Assembly: GCA_017477845.1 (NCBI GenBank)
Contig: JAFUTR010000031.1
Coordinates: forward strand, 15,738-79,737
Origin: Bacilli bacterium
GTDB taxonomy: Bacteria; Bacillota_I; Bacilli_A; RF39; UBA660
Direction: 5' to 3'
Length of the DNA stretch: 64,000 bases
Below are positions 22,653-32,595 of the stretch, piece by piece. A program made the translations under genes and the position numbers. Below the pieces are notes generated by a model. The model saw only the letters and a list, made by a program, of their open reading frames with translations, had not been told where the DNA came from and made no database searches. The number at the start of each line of letters is the position of its first letter. Within the stretch, counting starts at the first letter, position 1.

Positions 22653-24495
22653 ATTTTCTCCCCCTATGTAATTCTAGAACCATATTTTTGATATTTTCAC
22701 TATTTAATCCCTCTTGATTAAATAACTCTTCAACAGATCCTTGTTCAATAAATCTATCACAAAAACCCATGGAGCGTATTATACCACAAAAATTATTTTT
22801 TGCAAGAAAAATCGTAACATTTGACCCAAATCCACCATTTATTACATTATCTTCAATGGTTAATATGTTATATTTTTCAGAAATAAGTTTTAGTAATAGT
22901 TCTTCATCTAAAGGTTTAATAAAAGTTGCATTAATTATTGTAGCGTTCAAATTATATTTTTCATTTGCAACAACTGCTTTTTGAACCATTTTACCTACTG
23001 CTAAAATAGCAACACCATTCCCTTGTTTCACTATTTCCCATTTACCATATTTTACTTCTTTAATTTGAGGAAGATCTATTTCATCTCCTCCTCTTGGATA
23101 TCTAAGAGCAACTATTTTTTTGGATTTAATAGACCACTCTAAGAGTTTAGGTAAATCACTTAAACACTTTGGAGAGATAATAGTAATATTTGGCATTAAT
23201 GATAGATAAGATAAATCAAATATTCCTTGATGTGTTTCTCCATCACTTCCTACTAACCCAGATCTATCAATTGCAAATACAGCACTAATATTTTGCATAC
23301 ATATATCATGTAACAACTGATCAAATCCTCTTTGTAAAAAAGTTGAGTATACTGCAAAAACTGGAATCATTCCTCCACTTGCAAGCCCACCAGTAAAAGT
23401 TGTCGCATGTTCTTCACATATTCCAACATCAAAACTTCTAGAAGGATACTTTAAAAAAAATTCATTTAATCCAACACCATCTTTCATTGCTGCAGTAATA
23501 GCAACTAACTTGTCATTTTTTGATGCTAAATCAATCATTGTTTTCCCAAAAACAGACGAATATGTTTCTTTTTGTGTAACAACAATACCTTTTTCCTTAT
23601 CAAATGGAGAAACCGCATGATATAAATCAGGATTTGCTTCAGCAAAAGGATAACCCTTTCCCTTTTTAGTTACTGCATGAATAATAATAGGTTTATCAAG
23701 TTTTTTAGCTTGATTTAAAACCTTAGAAAGCAATTTTATATCATGACCATCAACTGGTCCTATATATGTAAGTCCCATAGTTTCAAAATATTTAGAAGGA
23801 ACTAAAAAGGTTCTTAATCCATCTTTTATTCTGGACAGATATTTAACAGGTACACTACCATACTTAGTACCATCTAAACAATGTTTAATTTTATTTTTAA
23901 CTTTCAAATACTTTGTATTAATACTAATTCTACTTAAATAACTAGAAATGCCACCAACATTAGATGAAATACTCATTCCATTATCATTAAGTATTATAAT
24001 CATCTTTGTTTTATTAAAACCTAAATCATTTATCGCTTCAAGACTTTCTCCACTACTTATAGATCCATCTCCAATAACAGAAATAATATTATATTTATCT
24101 TTTTTTATATCTCTTGCCCTGGCCAAACCAAGACAAGCGGAAATTGATGTACTACTATGACCAGTTTCAAAAAAGTCATACTTACTTTCTTTCTTATACG
24201 GAAATCCTCTTAAGCCTTTATACTTTCTAAGCTTACTAAAATTATTTTTCCTTCCAGTAAGAATCTTATAAACATAGCTTTGATGTCCTACATCAAAGAC
24301 TACTTTATCATTATCAAAATCAAAACATGATAAAAGAGCAATAGTTAATTCAACTACGCCCAAATTAGATGCCAAATGTCCTCCTGTTTTAGAAACATTA
24401 TCTATTAAAAATTCTCTAATTTCATATGCAAGAATCTTTTTTTCTTTTAATGTTAGTTTCTTTATATCATTTGGGTTATTAATTCTTTCTAACAT
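22618..24495 (-). CDS. dxs: 1-deoxy-D-xylulose-5-phosphate synthase
   Basis: GGHLASNLGVVELT, FDVGHQSY, IGDGSISSG, EEHA. Start trimmed to MLERINNP. Confidence 0.9.
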   Translation of the reverse strand: MLERINNPNDIKKLTLKEKKILAYEIREFLIDNVSKTGGHLASNLGVVELTIALLSCFDFDNDKVVFDVGHQSYVYKILTGRKNNFSKLRKYKGLRGFPYKKESKYDFFETGHSSTSISACLGLARARDIKKDKYNIISVIGDGSISSGESLEAINDLGFNKTKMIIILNDNGMSISSNVGGISSYLSRISINTKYLKVKNKIKHCLDGTKYGSVPVKYLSRIKDGLRTFLVPSKYFETMGLTYIGPVDGHDIKLLSKVLNQAKKLDKPIIIHAVTKKGKGYPFAEANPDLYHAVSPFDKEKGIVVTQKETYSSVFGKTMIDLASKNDKLVAITAAMKDGVGLNEFFLKYPSRSFDVGICEEHATTFTGGLASGGMIPVFAVYSTFLQRGFDQLLHDICMQNISAVFAIDRSGLVGSDGETHQGIFDLSYLSLMPNITIISPKCLSDLPKLLEWSIKSKKIVALRYPRGGDEIDLPQIKEVKYGKWEIVKQGNGVAILAVGKMVQKAVVANEKYNLNATIINATFIKPLDEELLLKLISEKYNILTIEDNVINGGFGSNVTIFLAKNNFCGIIRSMGFCDRFIEQGSVEELFNQEGLNSENIKNMVLELHRGRKYGKRKKGNRKN

Positions 24496-24522
24496 TATAA
24501 TCCCCCCAATCAAATAATTTAA

Positions 24523-26706
24523 TTATTTGAAAAGCATATATTGAATCTTTCGTCTCATCTCATAAGCATTTTTCATTTCATCTTTTAGATTCAAAGTGTA
24601 ATATATTTTACCATTATTATCCTGTGCAACTACAAAATTAGATGATGGTAAAGTATTCTTATAATTATATAACCACTTATAATAAGAAGATAATTCAATA
24701 TCCATATTATTTAATACATAAGTTAATAATAAATCAGGACTTAAATACTTTGTTTCACCATAATCTATTTCGTAATTACTTAGTATTAAAGCAGTTGTAT
24801 TGTACTGTTTATATACACTTTCCAAATTATAATCACTACTTAAATATCCAGTAGTAAATAAAGCATCTTTTCCATTAGGTGTAACTAAATGTGGTAGATG
24901 ATCACCAAAGAAAACAATAATTGTCTCTTCATCAATTGTATTTATATAATCATAAAGTCTACCAAGTTCTTTATCAGCCAAATATATTCCCTCAGCATAA
25001 GAATGTATAACTTCATTAACATCACTTGTATATGGGCTTTCTATAATATTCACATCATAGGTATCATATCTTCCTTCATAATATGGCATATGTCCACCCA
25101 TAGTAATAACAAAGTAAAAAATATTCTCTTCACTATCCTTATTGTTAAAATAATCTATAACTTGATCTGTTAAATATGAATCAGTTACATACTCTCCATC
25201 TAAATCAATTTCATCATATAGATGATTTCTTTCATCAACTCCGTAAAAATCATAAATTCTATCACAATTAAACATATTAGCACTAGACGAATTTAAAATT
25301 TTCGTTTTATATCCATTATTTTTTAATTCCTTAATTATACTTGGATTATTTTCACTTAATCCTTCAGTAAACAATTGCATATAAGGAGTATATCCTTTAC
25401 TAAAATAATCTAAACTACCTCCAGTTAATATTTCAAATTCAACATTTGAACTCATTCCACCATATGAAGGAGAAATCATTTCAAAAGTCTTACCAGATTC
25501 TGCCAATCTATGGAAATTAGGAGTTACATCATTATCAAATTTAATGTCTTTTAATTTTGATACATCCCAAAATGATTCTGAGAAAACTACTATTATATTT
25601 GGCTTTTTCCAAGTTCCTAAATGAGCTACAGAACTATCTAAAGTTTTTTTTAATTCATTTTCATTATAATCACTTGGTTTAAATCTTCTTGCTTCAATAA
25701 ACTTTCCATACATTCCTGATAAAACACCATATTTATAATAATATCTAGTATTACTTGCAGTAATAGCATAATCACCACTTTTATATATATTATAAGAGTT
25801 ATTAATCAAATAATTATCAAGTATTTCATTTGGTAGAAATAATACTAATAAAATAATTAAAGATAAAACTCCTTTAGCAATAACACCTCTTGTATATCTT
25901 ACTTTTACATTAGCCCTTTTACAAAGTTTAAATAAATAAACAAAAATAATTATCAATAATAAAGTTGGTACTAAAATAGAATAAATACAATTTAAAAATG
26001 AAACACCAGCAAATGCTCCTACTTCTCCAGCGTTTTGCAAGAATAATACATCTGTAAGAAGCAATGTATCACTAGTATAATAAATTCTACCTTCATTGAT
26101 AATAAAAACAATTAAAAAAATTATAGCTAAACTTTTATTGGCAATAGATGTATTTCTAACTATATTTAAAAGAATAAAATATAAGGAATATATTATTAAA
26201 ATAGCTATCAAAGATGGAACAAGATTAAATGTAATCTTTAAAACTCCAAAAGTAGCAACTAAATAATATGCTTCCAAACATACTAAAATAATAAATGGCA
26301 TTAAATGAGAAAAAATAATTTTTTTATCATGCTGCAATTCTACTACTTTGTCCATTTTCAATGATAATTTTTTCTTCTTACAGTAAAATATAATAATTAT
26401 TAAGGATAAAAAACTACTAAAGAAAGCAACAAGAACATTAGAAAGAACCATCCCATCTTGAAGTATCAAATATCCAAAAATAAAATATATTAAACTTAAC
26501 ATAATTGGAATATTCCAATCAAATTTATTTTTAATCCAAAATAATAAAGTTAAAAAAACAAAACAAACTGGAAAAATTACGAAAGAGAAATAATTATTTA
26601 TATTTATAGAAAATAATTTAAACAATAACAACAATAAAGTAAAAAGTAAAATAGAAAACAAATAAAACTTTTTCTTATTCTCAAATATCTCCTTCATCTT
26701 TATCAC
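24523..26706 (-). CDS. second LtaS-family sulfatase-domain membrane protein
   Basis: 727 aa: a long polytopic N-terminus followed by NIIVVFSESFWD ... GGMSSNVEFE ... TMGGHMPY ... FFGDHLP. Confidence 0.75.
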   Translation of the reverse strand: MIKMKEIFENKKKFYLFSILLFTLLLLLFKLFSININNYFSFVIFPVCFVFLTLLFWIKNKFDWNIPIMLSLIYFIFGYLILQDGMVLSNVLVAFFSSFLSLIIIIFYCKKKKLSLKMDKVVELQHDKKIIFSHLMPFIILVCLEAYYLVATFGVLKITFNLVPSLIAILIIYSLYFILLNIVRNTSIANKSLAIIFLIVFIINEGRIYYTSDTLLLTDVLFLQNAGEVGAFAGVSFLNCIYSILVPTLLLIIIFVYLFKLCKRANVKVRYTRGVIAKGVLSLIILLVLFLPNEILDNYLINNSYNIYKSGDYAITASNTRYYYKYGVLSGMYGKFIEARRFKPSDYNENELKKTLDSSVAHLGTWKKPNIIVVFSESFWDVSKLKDIKFDNDVTPNFHRLAESGKTFEMISPSYGGMSSNVEFEILTGGSLDYFSKGYTPYMQLFTEGLSENNPSIIKELKNNGYKTKILNSSSANMFNCDRIYDFYGVDERNHLYDEIDLDGEYVTDSYLTDQVIDYFNNKDSEENIFYFVITMGGHMPYYEGRYDTYDVNIIESPYTSDVNEVIHSYAEGIYLADKELGRLYDYINTIDEETIIVFFGDHLPHLVTPNGKDALFTTGYLSSDYNLESVYKQYNTTALILSNYEIDYGETKYLSPDLLLTYVLNNMDIELSSYYKWLYNYKNTLPSSNFVVAQDNNGKIYYTLNLKDEMKNAYEMRRKIQYMLFK

Positions 26707-27442
26707 CTCCTAAATCTTGCAAACTTGATGTCATTTGAACTGATGAAGTCTTTTTTATATTAAAGTATGAAACAAAATATAAAATTGCAACAAAACCATA
26801 GAAAAAAGCTATATGTAACTGATTTCCAGTTAATAAGAAGAAATCAAATATTCCATGCATTAAAATTGGAATTAAAAGACTTAAAGTTTTATAAAATATC
26901 TCATTTTTTCTATAACCAATAGAATGGTTTAATTTAGCAAGCCCCAAATAATAACCAGAAGCCACAGCATAAAAAGCATGAGCAGGAACCGATATTAAAG
27001 CTCTCATAATTCCAACTTGTAAAGAATTAACATTAATACTTTCTACTACATATAAAATGTTTTCAAGCGTTGCAAATCCAAGTGAGATAAATACAGCATA
27101 TACTATCGCATCATATATATGATCAAAATGTTTATTATTCCATGTTCCTAAATATAATACAACATATTTAAATAATTCTTCAACTAACGCCACAATAAAA
27201 AATGAAATTATAAAACAATTTAAATAATCACTTTCTTCTAAACCAGTGAAAGAAAGGAAAGATTGCTCAATAAAAGCTACAGGAATTGTTATTAAAATAC
27301 CCAAGAAAAATAACCTCAAAAGCATATTTGTAGGTTCTTTTTCTATAACGTCCATTTTATATACATAAAAACATAGAATAATTGTAGGAACAATTGCTAT
27401 TACTAAATTAAATATTAAATCCACAAAGCCACCAACTTTCAC
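26681..27442 (-). CDS. prsW: PrsW-family intramembrane metalloprotease
   Basis: Polytopic, with the EELFKY and HAFYAV / HGIFDF motifs. The exact start is uncertain (GTG). Confidence 0.7.
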   Translation of the reverse strand: MKVGGFVDLIFNLVIAIVPTIILCFYVYKMDVIEKEPTNMLLRLFFLGILITIPVAFIEQSFLSFTGLEESDYLNCFIISFFIVALVEELFKYVVLYLGTWNNKHFDHIYDAIVYAVFISLGFATLENILYVVESINVNSLQVGIMRALISVPAHAFYAVASGYYLGLAKLNHSIGYRKNEIFYKTLSLLIPILMHGIFDFFLLTGNQLHIAFFYGFVAILYFVSYFNIKKTSSVQMTSSLQDLGGDKDEGDI

Positions 27443-27547
27443 TTTTCGTAAATATTATATCACTTCTATAGATTTCCAAGCAAATAATATTAAATAAATA
27501 ACTTGTTTTTTTCCAAAAAGAAAATAACCTTTACGGTTATATCAATT

Positions 27548-28099
27548 TTATAAATAATTGTCTGCTTTGATTTCAAAATAGCTTTGTGGATGATTACAAA
27601 CTGGACAAACTCCTGGAGCTTTTTTACCAATCACTATATGTCCACAATTTCTACAAATCCAAATTTTTTCTTCATCACGAGAGAACACTACTTCATCATC
27701 GATATTCTTTAATAATTGTCTATACCTTTCTTCATGATGTTTTTCTATTTCTCCTACCATTCTAAATTTAACAGCAAGTTCCTTAAATCCTTCTTTTTCA
27801 GCAGTTTTAGCAAATTCCTCATACATATCCGTCCATTCATAATTTTCACCATCTGCTGCAGCTTTTAAGTTATCGCATGTTGATGGAACTTCTCCTCCAT
27901 TTAAATATTTAAACCATATTTTAGCATGTTCTTTTTCATTATTAGCAGTTTCCTCAAAAATAGCAGCAATTTGTTCAAATCCATCTTTTTTAGCTTTAGA
28001 TGCAAAATATGTATATTTATTTCTTGCCTGACTTTCTCCAGCAAATGCTGCCATTAAATTCTTTTCTGTTTCAGATCCTTTTAATTTTTTATAATCCAT
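27548..28099 (-). CDS. rbr: rubrerythrin
   Basis: Ferritin-like di-iron region (ESQARNKY ... EKEHAKIW ... EKHHEERY) plus a C-terminal rubredoxin CRNCG ... CPVC. Confidence 0.9.
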   Translation of the reverse strand: MDYKKLKGSETEKNLMAAFAGESQARNKYTYFASKAKKDGFEQIAAIFEETANNEKEHAKIWFKYLNGGEVPSTCDNLKAAADGENYEWTDMYEEFAKTAEKEGFKELAVKFRMVGEIEKHHEERYRQLLKNIDDEVVFSRDEEKIWICRNCGHIVIGKKAPGVCPVCNHPQSYFEIKADNYL

Positions 28100-28322
28100 T
28101 ATTACACCTCCAATAGATGAAATTATTATAACATATTTTTATTTACTATCAAATCAAAAAAATATTGGTCATTAAAATTGTTAATACAATTACAATAATA
28201 ATTGAAATTAATATTTTTTCATAAATCTTCACCTATCTTAATTATAACGCATATAAAAACTAGCTATAAAAAGTTAGATAATAATTCATAAATGGCGCGA
28301 TAATTATATTGGTTTAAAGCTT

Positions 28323-28627
28323 TTAGTTTTCGAAATGAGTATGTTTAGTTTTCCATTTTTTTAATGAAATTGCAACCCAAAAACCATAAATTCCAAGTGT
28401 TATTATTGTCAATAAAAGCCATTTTAACCATTGTCCAAATAATCCAACTGCAGTTCCATCAAATGTAAGTCTTTTCCCTTCAATTACTGTATGCTTAGTT
28501 TCCCAAGAATAAATCATTGTGAATGTCCATGGGAAACAAAGTCCTAAAGTAAAAACTGTAACAAAAACCCAATAATTTTCCATCCTATTAATTGTAATAA
28601 TCCTCCATCAAAATACGATTTTCCCAT
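28323..28627 (-). pseudogene. small DUF898/YjgN-like membrane protein gene interrupted by a frameshift in a homopolymer
   Basis: A GGAGG-preceded ATG at 28627 reads MGKSYFDGGLLQLIGWKIIGF and stops at 28544. The rest (VTVFTLGLCFPW ... ITLGIYGFW) continues in another frame (track ORF 28323..28583). The frames meet at the A5 run 28563..28567 (T5 on the coding strand). Confidence 0.7.
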
Positions 28628-28659
28628 ATTATCCTCCTAAACAGTTTTATTATATCATT

Positions 28660-28685
28660 AAAAAAAGTAGCTAAGCTACTTTGAT
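28660..28685 (-). terminator. hairpin with a T-run on the minus strand
   Basis: AAAGTAGC / GCTACTTT stem preceded on the plus strand by A6, which is a T-run on the minus strand. Confidence 0.4.
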
Positions 28686-29116
28686 ATTCTAAAATGGCAC
28701 CTGTAGTTACCCATTGAGAAACCACATTTATGCCATTCAACTGCTATAAATAATATATCACAGATCAATATTTTAGTAAATAGATTGATATACCATTTAA
28801 AATTAATTTAAAGGCTCATATAAACAAGTTAATAGTAAATATGAAGAAATATACTAGTTTTTTCTTTTGTTAAAAAATGGCATATAAAAATGATAATTCA
28901 TCCATATGTACGGTGTGAACATGTGGATAGTGAATACCTTCAAACCGTATAGATATAATAAATACTACTATAATAAAGATAAAGTAGATAAACGAAATAT
29001 TGAATAATGCTATTTTGAACCTATTCAAAACTAACCCATATACTAAATACTAATATAGTAAAGATAAAAAAGATAAAAGCACAAGTGGGACATTATTTTT
29101 AATTCTGAAAAATATC

Positions 29117-29309
29117 ATATTGAATAATCCCATACCCAATCCCACTAATTTTTTTGAAATATAAGGAAATATTATAATTATAGTCCCATAATGATGGGAC
29201 AATTTTGCAAGTGCAAAATAAGTTTGATATCACACTTTTTCTTATGAAATAAGATAAAATAAAGTGTATAGATATCATTCTCTTATGCTCTTGCTAAATT
29301 ATTCAATAT
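29117..29309 (-). repeat. left copy of a roughly 190-bp structured repeat (orientation given relative to the right copy)
   Basis: 12-bp closing inverted repeat ATATTGAATAAT (29117..29128) / ATTATTCAATAT (29298..29309). It encloses blocks identical to the right copy: CTCTTATGCTCTTGCT (29280..29295) and ATTTTGCAAGTGCAAAAT (29202..29219), separated by exactly 60 nt that fold as a hairpin. Confidence 0.8.
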
Positions 29310-29395
29310 ATTTCAAAATATATGTGATATTATAACCCACTAGTGGGATTTTAAGATATAAAAAACTAGGCAATAAAATTGACTAGTTATGTGGC

Positions 29396-30406
29396 TTAAT
29401 GCTTATTTATTTCATTAATAATGAGTTCACCATGTGTTTTAATTTTTACTGGAGTTAAGATATTAGCATTTTTAAGTTCATCAATAGTTTTAGGTCTTAT
29501 TTCTAATAATTTATCTAGTTCATCATTTGTAAAAACATAATAAGCTGGTATCTTCATTTCATTAGATCTAGTTTTTCTTAATTCAATTAATCTATCTTTT
29601 AAATCATCATTTATCTTAACTCTATTATTGCAATATTTGTTTTTATAGTAATCATAATAATTTATGTCTTCATTATTTAAGAGATTAATATATGATTGAG
29701 CCATTTCTTCCATAGATTTTTTTGAATCAAGATATTCATCATTTTCTCTGTGGTTTAAATCATATTCTATTTGCCTTATTAAAGAATCAGCTCTTAGTAT
29801 TTTGTATTTCATTTCTTTTGGAGCACGATTAGTATTTAGTATAGTATCTTGATTAGCAGCCACCACTAAAACTCTTCTATAATAATCAAAATTCTTTGAA
29901 GCAAAGAACTTTTTTATTGCAGAAGAATTGCTTTCCCATATTTTTCTAATAACTTCTCGTTGAGCCTCAACTTGTCTTAAAGGAGAATACATACCTTTTT
30001 TTATTTTTCTTCCATTAATAGTAAATTCTCTTATAAAAACTCCTTTATCTGTAACAGTAATATTTCCTACCAAATTTTTACATTCTACATAGTAAGTATA
30101 AACTGGAGTTATAATAACATAATCTATTTGTGCAGTTAAATCTTCATATTTAACTTTAACATCTCTCAACACATACATTCCAATGTGTGCCTTTTTTAAT
30201 TGATAAGCAATTTCATTTTCTCCGTCAAGCCCTTTTTTTACAATGAAAAGTTCACTTAACAAATCTTCATTGTTTGGATATTCATCATTTAACTTTTTTA
30301 GTGCATCATATTTATTCTGTAAATCACTATTTTCTTTATAAAAGACAGTGTCTTTAAATCTAAAAGCATCTACTGCAGAATCAATAACATTATCAATTAA
30401 TCCCAT
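29396..30406 (-). CDS. NERD-domain protein with a C-terminal HRDC-like domain
   Basis: GLDGENEIAYQLKKA ... QIDYVIITPVYTYYVECKNL (NERD core), and a C-terminal IPAYYVFTNDELDKLLEIRPKTIDELKNANILTPVKIKTHGELI (HRDC-like). Start set to the ATG after GGTGA. Confidence 0.7.
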   Translation of the reverse strand: MGLIDNVIDSAVDAFRFKDTVFYKENSDLQNKYDALKKLNDEYPNNEDLLSELFIVKKGLDGENEIAYQLKKAHIGMYVLRDVKVKYEDLTAQIDYVIITPVYTYYVECKNLVGNITVTDKGVFIREFTINGRKIKKGMYSPLRQVEAQREVIRKIWESNSSAIKKFFASKNFDYYRRVLVVAANQDTILNTNRAPKEMKYKILRADSLIRQIEYDLNHRENDEYLDSKKSMEEMAQSYINLLNNEDINYYDYYKNKYCNNRVKINDDLKDRLIELRKTRSNEMKIPAYYVFTNDELDKLLEIRPKTIDELKNANILTPVKIKTHGELIINEINKH

Positions 30407-30568
30407 TTTATCACCACTTTTCAATAAATATTATATCATAAAGGAAACTTGATTTTTAAAAATACATATTATTTTGTGTTAAAATATTTATAAAGTAAAA
30501 ACTCAAGCAATACTTCGTGTTATTTTCACATAAGATATTATATTCTAAATCTAGAAAGGAGAAATAAA

Positions 30569-31291
30569 ATGGATCAAATTAAAATAGGAAAGTTTATTGC
30601 CAAATGTCGTAAAAATAGTAAAATCACTCAAAGTGAATTAGCAGAAAAATTAGGTGTAACAGATAGAGCTATCTCAAACTGGGAAAATGGAAAAAATTTG
30701 CCTGATGTATCTTTTTTTAAACCATTATGTGATGAATTAAACATTACTATTAATGATTTATTAAGTGGTGAAAAAGTAGAAAAAAATGTATATCAAGAAA
30801 AGTTGGAAGAAAATGTTTTTTCTGTTATTTCAAATGTAAATACTAAAATTAGTCATATAAGAAGAAGTATCATTATTTTCATATTATCCATACTAATAAT
30901 TATTTTAGCTTTTGTTATTGCTAGTAATTATAAAGTTACTCTCAATTATAATGCTAATAATATGTATGTAGAAGAAAGAGATAATTCTTTAATCTTTACA
31001 ACAAAAGATTTGTGTACTGTTTATAGTGGTAATATTAACCAATATTCTATTATTGACGAGAACAATTATGAGATAATATTTTTAACTGCTAAGTGTTCAT
31101 ATAATGAAATAATAAAAAAATCTATCAATAATGGAAATAGTTACAGGTACTATCCTATAACTATAAATGATAAAAACTCTCAAAAAGTAAAAATATACTA
31201 TATTGATTCAAAAATAAATAATTTAAAAAATAAATCAAAGAAACAACTTGATGAATATATTGATAAATCAGTATTACTATATGAAAAATAA
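30569..31291 (+). CDS. XRE-family HTH protein with a TM segment and extracytoplasmic C-terminal domain
   Basis: IGKFIAKCRKNSKITQSELAEKLGVTDRAISNWENGKNLPD, followed by one TM segment. Confidence 0.75.
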   Translation: MDQIKIGKFIAKCRKNSKITQSELAEKLGVTDRAISNWENGKNLPDVSFFKPLCDELNITINDLLSGEKVEKNVYQEKLEENVFSVISNVNTKISHIRRSIIIFILSILIIILAFVIASNYKVTLNYNANNMYVEERDNSLIFTTKDLCTVYSGNINQYSIIDENNYEIIFLTAKCSYNEIIKKSINNGNSYRYYPITINDKNSQKVKIYYIDSKINNLKNKSKKQLDEYIDKSVLLYEK

Positions 31292-31417
31292 TTACTAGGA
31301 GAATGAAATATTTCTCCTTTTTTATGATAAAATATTAATAAGAGAATATCCCTACGGATTGTTTGGATACTTTTAGATAATAAAAAGATATAATTAAATA
31401 CGAAAGGAGCAAAATCT

Positions 31418-32347
31418 ATGAATCAAGAAAAGATAGGTAAATTTATTGCTAAAATTCGTAAAGAAAAAAAGATGACTTAACAAGAGTTGGCAGATAAATT
31501 AAATGTAACTGATCGAGCTGTAGGTAATTGGGAAAACGGTAGAAGAATTCCAGATGTAGTATTCTATAAACCTTTATGTGAAATACTTGGTATATCACTA
31601 AATGAATTATTAAGTGGAGAAAAAATTAAAGAAAGTGAATTGAAAGAGAAAACTGATGAGGTTTTAGATAATACCATTAAATATTCGACAAAAAGGATTA
31701 AAAAAATTAAGAAAGCTATAATTATAGGTATAATTGTTCTACTATTTAGTATTTTTATATGCACATTTTGGACAGATTATAATCGTGTAAAGCATAATGA
31801 AGAACCATTATTCATGATTAGATTGGGTGAAAATAATAGTAAATATACTTATTTAGGATTTGGGTATAAAATGATAAGAACAACTGCGATTTCACCATTT
31901 GAACCATTATCAAATAGTATCAATATTAAATTTGGCTTTTGGATTTTCACTTGGGATGTTGAAGTTTTTAATCCAACTCCTAGAAATCTATGGGTTATTA
32001 ATGGCAAAAATAGAGTTATGACGCATATTGGCTCATTCTGTATAACTGATACTAAAGGTGATGAAAAAGCAAGTTCATGTGGATTATCAATACCTCTAGA
32101 AGATATTATTTACGATGAAATTCTTGATAGTAATCCTGAAGATGTTGTTGCTTTAGATTCATCAAGTGATGTGAATATAACTAGAATTACATTTTATGAT
32201 TCAAATTATGAGAAAGTTGATGTTCCAATATCTTATGAAAAAAACAATTTTACAGTGCCAAAATTAAAAGGCAATTATATAATATTAATTGACACAATAT
32301 GTGATCGAGGAACAGCTTGGTACTCATTTAAACTAAAAATTAATTAG
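31418..32347 (+). pseudogene. paralogous XRE-family HTH/TM gene with an in-frame TAA in codon 21
   Basis: The AAAGGAG-preceded ATG at 31418 reads MNQEKIGKFIAKIRKEKKMT-TAA(31478..31480)-QELADKLNVTDRAVGNWENGRRIPD, in frame with track ORF 31487..32347. The paralogue has Q (CAA) at the equivalent position. Confidence 0.75.
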
Positions 32348-32371
32348 CCGGGAAAAATCCTGGCTTTTTTT
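32346..32371 (+). terminator. rho-independent terminator
   Basis: AGCCGGGA-AAAA-TCCTGGCT, followed by T7. Confidence 0.75.
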
Positions 32372-32394
32372 ATGGACGATTATGGACGTATTTC

Positions 32395-32584
32395 GACCAT
32401 AATTTTTATATTTTTGGTGTGCAAAAAAGCAAGAGCATAAGAGATTGTCCCCTTAAATCACTCAATCCTAGATAAATACTAGGCTTTTCGTGGGGACAAA
32501 CTCATTTTGCACTTGCAAAATCAATCCACAAATATGGACGGCAAAATATATCAAACCATTAATTTACAAGGAAAAATTATGGTC
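32395..32584 (+). repeat. right copy of the roughly 190-bp structured repeat
   Basis: 13-bp closing inverted repeat GACCATAATTTTT (32395..32407) / AAAAATTATGGTC (32572..32584). It encloses AGCAAGAGCATAAGAG (32428..32443), a 60-nt hairpin-forming spacer and ATTTTGCACTTGCAAAAT (32504..32521). Confidence 0.8.
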
Positions 32585-32595
32585 TAAAGTATGGA

